Origin: an uncultured delta proteobacterium
GTDB taxonomy: Bacteria; Desulfobacterota; Syntrophia; Syntrophales; UBA2185
Assembly (NCBI GenBank): GCA_963729715.1
Contig: CAVSPA010000006.1
Location: 352,001-416,000, forward strand
DNA length: 64,000 nucleotides
Reading direction: 5' to 3'
Positions 39,380 to 48,863 of the stretch are shown in pieces. Position 1 is the stretch's first letter, and each line of letters begins with the position of its first letter. The notes below the pieces were generated by a model. The model did no database searches and had not been told where the DNA came from. It worked only from the letters and a program-made list of their open reading frames with translations. A program made the position numbers and the translations under genes.

Positions 39380-40978
39380 ATGAAAGAAGTATTGATTTTT
39401 GCAACCGGTCTCGTTTTGTTCTTATTCGGCATGAGAAAATTGAGCGCCGGGGTGCAGCAGCTTTTCACTTCGCGCATTAGAGAATATATTAGGTATTCAG
39501 TGAGAAGACCGATTTACGGACTGTTGACCGGTATAGTAACAACAATGCTGTTTCAGAGTAGCGGGGCGACGACACTCCTCACCGTGGGGATGGTGAGCGC
39601 CGGGTTGATGACCTTTTACCATTCCCTCGGCCTCATCCTGGGCGCGGACATCGGTACTGTACTCACTGTTCAACTGGTCGTCTGGAAATTTGCCGATATT
39701 TCCCCACTTATTATTGTTTCAGGCGGCATTCTCTGGCTTACGGGAAAGGCAAAATGGAAGGATGCGGGCGAGGCCATCTTCTACTTCGGCCTTTTGTTTT
39801 TTGGCTTAAGCCTGGTGGCGATGACCACGGCGCCATTGAAAGATAATCAGGCGGTCATCCGCTTTTTTCAGGAAACAAAAAATCCGCTCCTGGGTCTTGG
39901 GGTTGGTATTATTTTTACAGGAATAGTACAAGCCTCTGTCATTCCCATCAGCATTCTCGCAATTCTGGCGCAACAGGATCTTATCACCATTGAAAACGCC
40001 CTGCCTGTTGTTTTCGGGGCCAATGTGGGGACGACCGTCACAGCCCTCATGGCAGGTGCGGTCGCTACCATCAGCGGCAAGAGAAGCGCTGTCTCTCACC
40101 TCCTCTTTAAATGTTTCGGCGCCGTTGCCTGCATGGTCGCCCTTCCGTGGCTGATTCCATCTTTGAAAAGTATTTCTTCAAACGTGGCGCAGCAGATCGT
40201 CGTCGGTCATCTCTTGTTTAATCTTTTCATTGTCGCCTCTTTCATTTTTTTTCTCAAACCATTTGCCAGATTGATTGAAAAGATCATACCCGGCCAAGAA
40301 GAAATCCTGCCATTATGGCCGGAATACCTTGATGACAGGCGTCTTGCGGATCCCCAAGACGCTCTGGTGTGCGTAAGAAAAGAACTGCAGCGTGAGATTA
40401 TCCTCGTACAAAAGATATTCACAGAGAGTCTGCAACTGTTGGATGACTATAAAGAGTGGAAAAGGCAAAATATCATATATGTCGAACTTGTTGTCGACGT
40501 CTTGCGGCGCGAGATCGTGAATTTCTTGCGCAAGATTTCCTGTCGGCAATTGTCACCGGCATTGTCACGAAAACTCTTTACATATACGGCCATGGCAAAC
40601 GACATTGAAAGGATCGGGGATCATGCCGTCATACTGGCAAAGCTGGCCAGTAATAAGTATCAAGCGGAGGTCAGCTTTACAGAAATGGGCAAAAAGGAGC
40701 TTGGAGAAATTGAGCGGCAGGCGACGGAAAACCTTGGCGATGCCGTGTCTCTGATCGGAGAGCGCGATGCGGAAAAGATAGCAAATATTGCCATGCGTGA
40801 GGAAGACATTGACATGAGTGTGAAGGAGGCGCGAGAAAGACATCTCGTGCGATATTACGAAGGGATCTGTCAGGCTGAGGCCGGTCCCATCTTTATAGAA
40901 ATGTTAATGCATCTTGAAAGAATATCCGATCTTTGCCAGAATGTTGCGGAATATGTCGATGAGCTTAAAGATTCTTGA
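39380..40978 (+). CDS. Na/Pi cotransporter family protein with PhoU-like C-terminal domains
   Basis: QSSGATT, GADIGT, GANVGTT repeats; DIERIGDH and LERISD. Confidence 0.9.
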   Translation: MKEVLIFATGLVLFLFGMRKLSAGVQQLFTSRIREYIRYSVRRPIYGLLTGIVTTMLFQSSGATTLLTVGMVSAGLMTFYHSLGLILGADIGTVLTVQLVVWKFADISPLIIVSGGILWLTGKAKWKDAGEAIFYFGLLFFGLSLVAMTTAPLKDNQAVIRFFQETKNPLLGLGVGIIFTGIVQASVIPISILAILAQQDLITIENALPVVFGANVGTTVTALMAGAVATISGKRSAVSHLLFKCFGAVACMVALPWLIPSLKSISSNVAQQIVVGHLLFNLFIVASFIFFLKPFARLIEKIIPGQEEILPLWPEYLDDRRLADPQDALVCVRKELQREIILVQKIFTESLQLLDDYKEWKRQNIIYVELVVDVLRREIVNFLRKISCRQLSPALSRKLFTYTAMANDIERIGDHAVILAKLASNKYQAEVSFTEMGKKELGEIERQATENLGDAVSLIGERDAEKIANIAMREEDIDMSVKEARERHLVRYYEGICQAEAGPIFIEMLMHLERISDLCQNVAEYVDELKDS

Positions 40979-41033
40979 TTATTTGTCCCCAGCAGGGCCG
41001 CTCAACATTTCTTCTCAGCCTTTGCTTTCGGTC

Positions 41034-41062
41034 TTGACAATTAGATTTTGCACTAATAAAAT
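41034..41062 (+). promoter_or_regulatory. sigma70 promoter
   Basis: TTGACA-N17-TAAAAT upstream of the ferritin-like gene. Confidence 0.7.
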
Positions 41063-41125
41063 TTATACAAAGTGTCATAATGCAATTAAACTACAGAACC
41101 TGAACTTTCAATAAGGAGATTGATT

Positions 41126-41644
41126 ATGAAAGAACGACTCAATGCACTGCAGGTTGCCCTCAACAACGAGATGAAGGAACACGAGTTCTACCTTAAGAAT
41201 GCGGCGAGAACCAAGAATGCGGTCGGTAAGGCGATGTTTGCGCAGATAGGGAGCGAAGAACTGGAGCACTACGAAAGGCTGAAACAGCTGCATGCGAACT
41301 GGGAAAAGGACAAGAAGTGGCCCGAAACCGTCCCCCTCAAAGTTAAAGATACGGTTATTAAGAGTGTCCTTAAGAATGCGGCGCAGAAGGCGCCCAAGAC
41401 GATCAAAGGCGATGCCGATGATCTCAAAGCCATCCGGGTAGCCATAGAATTTGAGGGCAAAGGAACGGAGTACTATGCAAATCTCCGTGAACAAGTATCC
41501 GACCCGAAGGAAAAGGCATTTTTTAATCTCCTTGCCAACATAGAACACGAACACTATGTGTCGCTCAAAGAGACGGAGGAATTCCTCACCGACCCTGTCT
41601 CCTGGTTCAGAAAGAAGGAGAACACGGGTTTGGATGGTGCCTAA
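41126..41644 (+). CDS. Ferritin-like/rubrerythrin-family di-iron protein without a rubredoxin domain
   Basis: Two repeats of E-x6-Y...E-x2-H; AAGGAG RBS. Confidence 0.85.
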   Translation: MKERLNALQVALNNEMKEHEFYLKNAARTKNAVGKAMFAQIGSEELEHYERLKQLHANWEKDKKWPETVPLKVKDTVIKSVLKNAAQKAPKTIKGDADDLKAIRVAIEFEGKGTEYYANLREQVSDPKEKAFFNLLANIEHEHYVSLKETEEFLTDPVSWFRKKENTGLDGA

Positions 41645-41745
41645 TTAGCAAGGGGCATTCATCTTCCGTCGGTTTTCCCGCTAAGAAGAATAGAAAGGGA
41701 TCTCTGTGAACATCGAATTCATAGAGTTCCCTTTTTTCATGCCTG

Positions 41746-43074
41746 TCACTCCTCCGTTGACCTACTTTTTTTCCTGAATATAACCCTGATCGGCGATTGA
41801 TCAAACCCGAATGCTTCTCTGATCCGGTTGGTCAGGTAACGCCTGTACGAAAAATGAATGGCGCGTGGTTCACGGACAAAAAAAACAAATGTGGGAGGGG
41901 CCGAAGATACCTGGGTTACATAACTGAAAGTATTTGCCCTGTTTTGATGACGGGCGGGAGGGTTTGATGCGAGTACTTCCCTGACAAGTCGATTAATCTC
42001 GCCAGTACTTACCCGTTTTGTGTACTGGATCAAGACAGCCTCAATAACGTCAAATATCTGAGACACCCTCTGCCCGGTGAGGGCTGACACAAAGATGATC
42101 GGTGCATAATCCATGAACTTAATCGTCTCTTTGATGTCTCTGACATAATTTCCCACCGTAGAGTTGTCTTTATCTATTGCGTCCCACTTGTTCACAACGA
42201 TGATGCAGGCAATCCCTTTTTCTGCGGTCAGCCCGGCGATCTTGGCATCCTGTTCGGTCATTCCCTCCTCTGCATCGATGACGAGCAATGCTATATCGCA
42301 GCGGTCTATCGCCTTAAGGGCCTGGACAATGCTGTATTTTTCAAGGACGTGACTGACCCTGCTTTTTCGCCTGATGCCTGCGGTGTCAACGAGCAAATAT
42401 TTTTTGCCGTTCAATTCGAAGGGCGTATCTATGGCATCTCTCGTAGTGCCCGGTATGGGGTTGACGATAGTTCTTTCATATCCAAGGATTTTATTAACGA
42501 GCGAGGATTTTCCAACATTCGGTTTCCCGATCACTGCTATCTTGATCCGCTTTTCCCCCGCGGGGAATTCGTCAGTGGGGGACGCAAGATGCAAAGCCAC
42601 ATCCTCCATGAGTTCATGAATACCGAGTCCGTGCTGCGCGGAGATGCCGTAAAGTTCTTCAATTCCCAGTTCATAAAACTCATAGGTCTGGGTATCCTGC
42701 TTAGGGCCATCTATTTTATTGACGACAAAGAAAACCGGTCTTTCAACCCCCCTGAGGATATCCATGATTTCCCTGTCCGACGGGGTCAAACCTTCCCTGC
42801 CGTCCATGAGGAAAATAATGACGTCTGCCTCTTCCATGGCCAGCTGTGCCTGCTCTCTCATCTGTACCAGGATTGTTTCCGCGGATGCCGGCTCAAATCC
42901 GCCGGTGTCGATAAGGATAAAATCCTTGCCATACCACGCGGCATCAGCATAGTTCCGGTCTCTCGTGGCGCCGGGTTCATCGATGACGATGGCCTTGTTT
43001 TTCTGAGACAGGCGATTGAAAAGCGTCGATTTTCCTACGTTGGGTCTGCCGATGACAGCGATTACCGGTTTCAC
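41746..43074 (-). CDS. der: Ribosome biogenesis GTPase Der
   Basis: Two G domains (GRPNVGKS, GKPNVGKS, DTGG/DTAG, NKID/NKWD) plus a KH-like C-terminus. Confidence 0.97.
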   Translation of the reverse strand: MKPVIAVIGRPNVGKSTLFNRLSQKNKAIVIDEPGATRDRNYADAAWYGKDFILIDTGGFEPASAETILVQMREQAQLAMEEADVIIFLMDGREGLTPSDREIMDILRGVERPVFFVVNKIDGPKQDTQTYEFYELGIEELYGISAQHGLGIHELMEDVALHLASPTDEFPAGEKRIKIAVIGKPNVGKSSLVNKILGYERTIVNPIPGTTRDAIDTPFELNGKKYLLVDTAGIRRKSRVSHVLEKYSIVQALKAIDRCDIALLVIDAEEGMTEQDAKIAGLTAEKGIACIIVVNKWDAIDKDNSTVGNYVRDIKETIKFMDYAPIIFVSALTGQRVSQIFDVIEAVLIQYTKRVSTGEINRLVREVLASNPPARHQNRANTFSYVTQVSSAPPTFVFFVREPRAIHFSYRRYLTNRIREAFGFDQSPIRVIFRKKSRSTEE

Positions 43075-43101
43075 CTGACCTTTACCTCAGCCTTACCATT
43101 T

Positions 43102-44001
43102 TCATGTTTTTTCTGCATATCCGAATTCTCTGAGCATCCCCGCATCATGGGTCCAATCCTTTCTCACCCTGACGAACAACTCTAGGTAAATCCTAACAGC
43201 AAAGAATTTTTCCATGTCCTGTCTTGCCCGTTTGCCGATTTCTTTAAGCATGGAGCCTTTCTTGCCTATGAGTATGCCTTTCTGAGAATTCTTCGCCACA
43301 TTGATTGTTGCCTGGATGACGAGCAGATTTTTGTCTTCATGTTCTTTGAACGAATCCACAACAACGGCCGTTGCATAAGGTATTTCCTGATGGGTCAGCA
43401 TGATAATCTTTTCCCTGATGATCTCCGCCGCGATAAAACGCTCGGTCCTGTCTGTCATCATATCATCGGGGAAGTACCGCGGGCCTTCGGGCAGAAGCCT
43501 CCATATTTGTTCCATCAGAGCGGAAAGCCCATCACCGGTAAGGGCGGAGATGGGGATAATCTCGGAAAAAGAAAAGAGCTGCTGGAACCGGTCCATAACG
43601 GGGAGGATATTTTGCTTCCGGACAAGGTCGATCTTATTGATAAGCAGTATGACCGGCAGTCTGATGTTCCGGAGGGATTCCATAATGAGCTCATCGTCCC
43701 TGTGAACGCCTTCCGCGGCCTCCACAACCAAAAGGATAATATCAGCGCTTCTGAATGCATCCTTCGCTGCCGTCACCATGAATTCGTTTAACGGTGTCGT
43801 CGCTCTGTGAATGCCCGGCGTGTCGACGAATATCAATTGACCGTTCTCAACATTCTTGATGCCTGTGATCCTGTTTCTCGTAGTCTGCGGCTTATGGCTG
43901 GTTATGGCTATTTTTTCGCCTATAATCTTGTTCAGAAGCGTTGACTTTCCCACATTCGGTCTGCCAATGATGCCTATAAAACCGGACTTGAACATCTGCA
44001 C
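43102..44001 (-). CDS. era: GTPase Era
   Basis: GRPNVGKSTL, KPQTTR, DTPG, NKID, EIPY, GKKG KH domain. Confidence 0.97.
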   Translation of the reverse strand: MQMFKSGFIGIIGRPNVGKSTLLNKIIGEKIAITSHKPQTTRNRITGIKNVENGQLIFVDTPGIHRATTPLNEFMVTAAKDAFRSADIILLVVEAAEGVHRDDELIMESLRNIRLPVILLINKIDLVRKQNILPVMDRFQQLFSFSEIIPISALTGDGLSALMEQIWRLLPEGPRYFPDDMMTDRTERFIAAEIIREKIIMLTHQEIPYATAVVVDSFKEHEDKNLLVIQATINVAKNSQKGILIGKKGSMLKEIGKRARQDMEKFFAVRIYLELFVRVRKDWTHDAGMLREFGYAEKT

Positions 44002-44070
44002 TTTCTCTCTCTGAAGTTAGTCTTTATGCTGCCCATTCGTTGTAAACTACCGTCTCAACCAATGATCCCC

Positions 44071-45120
44071 TTAATGACGGAACCTTTCTGTCATTGATTT
44101 CCTGCCATCGGCGATCATGGCAAGAGTCCCTCTTTCCTGGACAGGGTCAACTGATACGTCTATTTTTGTGAGGCCAAATGTCTCTTTCAGCGTTTGCATG
44201 TTTTTATTCTTGTGGCCGAGGAAACATGAGACGTCTTTGGGAGAGAGCGAAAAAATCACTTCTTGTTTGCCCATCTGTCCGGTGAGCATTTCTGCTGCCT
44301 TATCAAAAAACATGGATTCCTCGACGAGAGAACGAAATGCGGGATGATATGGGCCGGCGATTATGCTGCCCGCCATCTCCATTTCCCGTGTCGTCTGCAA
44401 ACCGACGCGAATCACCGCGATGCTGGCTTCTCCAAATCTTCGCAAAGCATACTTGCACATGTCAATGGCGTGAGGCATGCTGAGCGGCCGATAAGCTCCG
44501 TTCAAGAAGATCTCTGCCAGACGCGTATCCTGGAGTACTAATGTGGGATGAATCCTCACCATATCCGGCTTAAGGGCGATAGTCCGTGCAATTGTATATT
44601 CAAATCCCAACTGACTGTCTCCCGGAAGGCCCGCCATGAGGTGTATCCCCGTCTGGAAGCCTCGATCCTTCAGCATCTCCATGGCCGCAGAAACATCCGA
44701 CGCTCTATGCCCCCTGTTGGAAAGTTGGAGCACTTCATCCACCATGGATTGCGCTCCGATTTCAACAGTCGCTACACCGAATCGCTTCATTAGATCCAGG
44801 CTTTCGTTATCTATGCTGTCCGGTCTTGTAGAGATCCTCACGCCATGTACCAATCCCTTTTCTATGAATGGACTGGCAAAACCGAGCAATTCGGTCTGGT
44901 AGTCTTTTGCCATGCCTGTAAAATTGCCGCCATAAAATGCGACCTCAGCGCCATTTCCCTTTCTTTTTGGGTGATTGAGATATTTGTGAACTGTTCTCCG
45001 GAAAGTATCTTCGGTAATCTTCTCTGAGGAATCTCCCGCAGTCTTGTGAATGTTGCAGTAGATGCAGCGGTTCGGACAACCTTGATAAACGATAAAGAAA
45101 GGAATAATCATTTGTGCCAT
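44071..45120 (-). CDS. Radical SAM protein (Elp3-like, no acetyltransferase domain)
   Basis: GCPNRCIYC, FYGGNFT, STRPD, EIGAQS, LMAGLPG. Confidence 0.85.
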   Translation of the reverse strand: MAQMIIPFFIVYQGCPNRCIYCNIHKTAGDSSEKITEDTFRRTVHKYLNHPKRKGNGAEVAFYGGNFTGMAKDYQTELLGFASPFIEKGLVHGVRISTRPDSIDNESLDLMKRFGVATVEIGAQSMVDEVLQLSNRGHRASDVSAAMEMLKDRGFQTGIHLMAGLPGDSQLGFEYTIARTIALKPDMVRIHPTLVLQDTRLAEIFLNGAYRPLSMPHAIDMCKYALRRFGEASIAVIRVGLQTTREMEMAGSIIAGPYHPAFRSLVEESMFFDKAAEMLTGQMGKQEVIFSLSPKDVSCFLGHKNKNMQTLKETFGLTKIDVSVDPVQERGTLAMIADGRKSMTERFRH

Positions 45121-45163
45121 ATTACTATTCAGTCTAACTCGCCATTCAGGGGTGAGGTAGCAC

Positions 45164-45871
45164 CTACAGTTTCGGAAACTCCGCCAATGCCCTCCGGGCC
45201 GCCTGCTGTTCCGCTTCCTTCTTACTTTTGCCCGTGCCCGTGGTCGTGATCATGCCTGCTATATTCAGGCTTATTTCAAAAACTTTATCGTGGTCGGGAC
45301 CAGTTTCATCGATCAGTGTGTATTTCGGCGTTTCTTTAAAACGGCTCTGGCAGATTTCTTGGAGCGCCGTCTTATAATCTCTATAGATGACACTCTTTAT
45401 TCCTTCCTCAACCAGGGGCTCAAAGACATTTTCCAAGAATTCGCATGTTTTTTCAAATCCGCAATCGAGATATATTGCAGCTGTAACCGCTTCGAAGGCA
45501 TTCGAGAGAATGGATGCCTTTGTTCTTCCCCCTGAGCCTTCTTCTCCCCTCCCGAGGAGGAGGTAGTGGCCGATACTAAGCTCCCGGGCAAGACCGGCGA
45601 GTGATTGTTCGTTCACTACATATGCCCTGAGTTTGGAGAGCTGACCCTCGGCATAATCGGGGAAATGTCGCACCAATAAATCGCTGAGGCAAAGCCCGAT
45701 AACAGCATCACCGAGAAATTCGAGCCTCTCATTGTCTTTGCAGGAGAGCGCCGGGTTCTCATTAACAAAAGAGCTGTGTATCAAGGCATTATCAAGCAGA
45801 TCAATCTTACCGAAGCGGTAGCCGAGTGTCTGCTGAAGGTTCTTGAGGTCTGCAAACCTTTCATCGGTCAT
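45164..45871 (-). CDS. rnc: Ribonuclease III
   Basis: NERLEFLGDAV; dsRBD DYKTALQE...GPDH...KK.AEQ.AA. Confidence 0.97.
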   Translation of the reverse strand: MTDERFADLKNLQQTLGYRFGKIDLLDNALIHSSFVNENPALSCKDNERLEFLGDAVIGLCLSDLLVRHFPDYAEGQLSKLRAYVVNEQSLAGLARELSIGHYLLLGRGEEGSGGRTKASILSNAFEAVTAAIYLDCGFEKTCEFLENVFEPLVEEGIKSVIYRDYKTALQEICQSRFKETPKYTLIDETGPDHDKVFEISLNIAGMITTTGTGKSKKEAEQQAARRALAEFPKL

Positions 45872-47177
45872 CGGTTGTAATCCTTGCGCACAGTTTGCCA
45901 TCCAGAGAATAATCCGGTATCACGTTTAGGACGCGATTTACCAGTGAAGAGTTCCCATTTTCTATAATGACGGGAATGTAGTTGTCAGAAAATCCTCTCA
46001 AAAGGCCCGTATCTTTGTCTTTCTTATTCTCGACAAGAACACTCAGCTTCTTTCCCACAAACCTACGGGCGAAGGCATCTCTTTTTTCCTTACCGAGTTT
46101 CCTTAGTATATCACCACGTCTCTTCTTGACTCTTTCATCAACCTTGCCGGGGAGACCCGTCGCGACCGTGCCCGGACGCCCTGAATAAGGGAATACATGG
46201 AGGTAGGCAATGGGGAGTTCTGCAATCAGACGGAGCGTGTTGCCAAACTGTTTCTCCTCTTCACCGGGAAACCCGACCATAACGTCAAGACCGAGGGCAA
46301 TATCAGGAATAGCCTGTGTTATTACGTGGAGGCGATTCTTAAAGAAGGCCGAGTCGTAATTCCTCTTCATGGCAGAAAGAATCACGTCATCTCCGCTCTG
46401 GAGAGGAATATGCAGGTGTTTGCATAAAGTGGCCCCTTCTGCTATGAGTTGCATCATGTCATCTGATATTTCCGTGATTTCTATGGAACTCAGACGCAAT
46501 CTTCGAACCAATCTATTCCTATCTACGTGTTTCATTATCTCGTAGAGATTTGATGGGGGCGCCAAGTCCTGGCCGTAGACTCCGAGATGAATGCCAGTGA
46601 GGACTATCTCTCTGTAATCTGATCCGGCAAGAGTTTCAATTTGTTTCAAAACATCCATGTATGCGAGACTCCTGCTATGACCCCTTGCATACGGAACGAT
46701 GCAGTAGCTGCAGAAACTGTTGCAGCCATCCTGGATTTTGAGGAATGCACGGGTGTGGCCGGCGAACCTTAAGGGATTGAGACCGGAAAATTTCCCGGCC
46801 TTGCGGATGTCGCTTACGTGTAATTGAGGGTCTCTTTTTGCGAGGCGCTCCATGAGCCGGGGGATATGATCCTTTTCTGCATTTCCTGCGACGAGAGTTA
46901 CACCGGGAATTCCGGCGAGATCATGAGGTGCAACCTGCGCGTAGCAGCCTGTAACAATAATGCATGCGTCAGGGTTTGTCCTGATCGCTCTTCTGATAAG
47001 GTTTCTTGACTGGTATTCCGTCCGGCCCGTGACAGTGCATGTATTGATTATGTAACAATCAGCCTTCGCATTAAATGGTACAGACACATAGACACTCTTA
47101 TCAAGTATCTCCATGATGCCCGCAGATTCGTACTGGTTAACCTTGCAACCCAAGGTTGATATGGCTACTTTAATCAA
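45861..47177 (-). CDS. mtaB: tRNA t6A37 methylthiotransferase
   Basis: TLGCKVNQYE, NTCTVT, TGCYAQ, KIQDGCNSFCSYC, HVFPYS.RPGT. Confidence 0.93.
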   Translation of the reverse strand: MIKVAISTLGCKVNQYESAGIMEILDKSVYVSVPFNAKADCYIINTCTVTGRTEYQSRNLIRRAIRTNPDACIIVTGCYAQVAPHDLAGIPGVTLVAGNAEKDHIPRLMERLAKRDPQLHVSDIRKAGKFSGLNPLRFAGHTRAFLKIQDGCNSFCSYCIVPYARGHSRSLAYMDVLKQIETLAGSDYREIVLTGIHLGVYGQDLAPPSNLYEIMKHVDRNRLVRRLRLSSIEITEISDDMMQLIAEGATLCKHLHIPLQSGDDVILSAMKRNYDSAFFKNRLHVITQAIPDIALGLDVMVGFPGEEEKQFGNTLRLIAELPIAYLHVFPYSGRPGTVATGLPGKVDERVKKRRGDILRKLGKEKRDAFARRFVGKKLSVLVENKKDKDTGLLRGFSDNYIPVIIENGNSSLVNRVLNVIPDYSLDGKLCARITTDDR

Positions 47178-47208
47178 TTCCGATGCCTCTCTTTATACCG
47201 CGTCGTTG

Positions 47209-47237
47209 AATTTAAGCTTCCGTACACTATTTGTCAA
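47209..47237 (-). promoter_or_regulatory. sigma70 promoter of mtaB-rnc-era-der
   Basis: Minus strand TTGACA-N17-TAAATT. Confidence 0.6.
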
Positions 47238-47309
47238 GGCTAAAGGATTACTGGATTTTTGTCGATAAATAGAATAGATTGAGTCTGTCTTCACGATGGA
47301 GGTTCAACT

Positions 47310-47690
47310 ATGGACAGCTTTATAGATTACATGATTACCCATCAATTTACCGCCGGGGTATGCATCTTTGTTGCCATCGTCATCGTATATTTTCTTTTCA
47401 AGAAACTCATCAAAGTTGCCCTGCTGCTGATTCTGATCATCATAATGTTGACTGGATATGCATACTTCAAGGAGTCCAACAGAATGCCGAAAAGCATACA
47501 TGAGGCCCTGCAGAAGGCCAAGGAAGAAACCCGCATGGTGGTGGAAAAGGGCAGGGGCGTATATGACGATGTGATGTCGATATTCGAAAAGCGCAGAAAA
47601 CCTGTGACTGACTATATTGATAAGATTACGGAACAGGACAAAGAAGCCTACAAGAAGAAAAAGCCCGAACCGTCGGATGAAATTCGCTGA
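47310..47690 (+). CDS. Hypothetical membrane protein (2 TM + charged tail)
   Basis: GGAGG RBS; hydrophobic N-terminal half. Confidence 0.65.
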   Translation: MDSFIDYMITHQFTAGVCIFVAIVIVYFLFKKLIKVALLLILIIIMLTGYAYFKESNRMPKSIHEALQKAKEETRMVVEKGRGVYDDVMSIFEKRRKPVTDYIDKITEQDKEAYKKKKPEPSDEIR

Positions 47691-47741
47691 ATCGGGAATT
47701 ATAAGGATAGTCAGAGTTACAGCTTCAAAAAGGTATCCCGT

Positions 47742-48152
47742 TCAGAAAATGTTAACCTCCATGGCCCTCGGCGGACAGGCCAATACACAGAATTCACAGC
47801 CATTGCACTTTTCCGGATCGAAGACGACTTTCATAGATTCTTTTTCCATGGAAAGGGCATCAGTTGGGCAGAAAGCAGTACAGGCGCCGCAATGCACACA
47901 TTTGTCCATATTCTGGCTCACATTTTTTGAAACGGGCTCGACCTTTAGACCCCTTTCTTTGAGGAAATGGATACCCTGATCAAAATTTTCTTTCAAACCG
48001 CTTAGCTCAACGACAATGATGCCTTCCCTCCTGGGCAGGATCTGGGCCTTAAGGATGTTGAATTCGAGATCATGTTTTTTCACAAGCTGGCATATTATAG
48101 GCTGGTCCACATTGTCCGCTGCATACCTGATGACTACTTTCTTTTTATACAT
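47742..48152 (-). CDS. NIL domain + 2x[4Fe-4S] ferredoxin protein
   Basis: PII..L.K..DLEFNILKA; CVHCGACTAFCP and CNGCEFCVLACP. Confidence 0.9.
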   Translation of the reverse strand: MYKKKVVIRYAADNVDQPIICQLVKKHDLEFNILKAQILPRREGIIVVELSGLKENFDQGIHFLKERGLKVEPVSKNVSQNMDKCVHCGACTAFCPTDALSMEKESMKVVFDPEKCNGCEFCVLACPPRAMEVNIF

Positions 48153-48183
48153 ACCTTTTCTTTAGACTCCAATCTTTTGACAG

Positions 48184-48212
48184 ATGTTAAGAGAATGCTG
48201 AAATCTTGTCAA
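48184..48212 (-). promoter_or_regulatory. sigma70 promoter
   Basis: Minus strand TTGACA-N17-TAACAT upstream of the NIL-ferredoxin gene. Confidence 0.6.
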
Positions 48213-48254
48213 GGGATTAGTTGCCCGGCGCAATACCCACGTATTTGAAACCGC

Positions 48255-48737
48255 TCATGAAGTTTTTAGAAGATCATCCCAGTTCATGAGGCTGAAAGTC
48301 TTGTGGAGAGAATGGTCATCATCAACGAGATGGTATGTGAGGCTTGCGAAGGCCGTCCGTGCTATATCTCGGACGGCTGAAGGGGAAACCACATCATCAT
48401 CTCTGCCGTGATAAATAACAACAGGGAGCAGGAGCTGCCTGCCGAGGTAAGGCTCAAATTCAAATAGATCGAGGGCAGGCGCCAGGAGAATAAGTTTCTT
48501 GACGCTCTTTTCATTATTGAATGCATACACCGCAGCCATTAATCCGCCATAGCTTGAGCCAACCAATATCAAAGATGTCTTGCCGGAGAGTATTTCATTC
48601 AACTTTTCCATTCTATATTTGAAAGAACCGGCAAAATCTTCAATGATCATTTCGGGGTATTTGTCCCTGAAAAATACGCCCTTCGTTCCCATGCCGGAGC
48701 TTTCCAGCCCGTGGATAAACACTCTTGCCGGCTTCAT
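48255..48737 (-). CDS. Small alpha/beta-hydrolase (YqiA/YcfP-like esterase)
   Basis: FIHGLES, GSSYGG, LLAPA, HGRDDDVV, DDHSL. Confidence 0.85.
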   Translation of the reverse strand: MKPARVFIHGLESSGMGTKGVFFRDKYPEMIIEDFAGSFKYRMEKLNEILSGKTSLILVGSSYGGLMAAVYAFNNEKSVKKLILLAPALDLFEFEPYLGRQLLLPVVIYHGRDDDVVSPSAVRDIARTAFASLTYHLVDDDHSLHKTFSLMNWDDLLKTS

Positions 48738-48863
48738 GTAAACACCTCTGACCATCATTTCTTCATCTCGATACGGAGCGAAGTGGAGCTGTATCCCAAT
48801 GGCGCTTTTGAATTGATTTCAATATGTCAGTATGTTAGAAATTTCGCAAGAGGAGATTCTGCT

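Noticed and set aside
41126..41644. Ferritin-like protein as encapsulin cargo
   Set aside because: No encapsulin gene is in the window and there is no clear targeting peptide.
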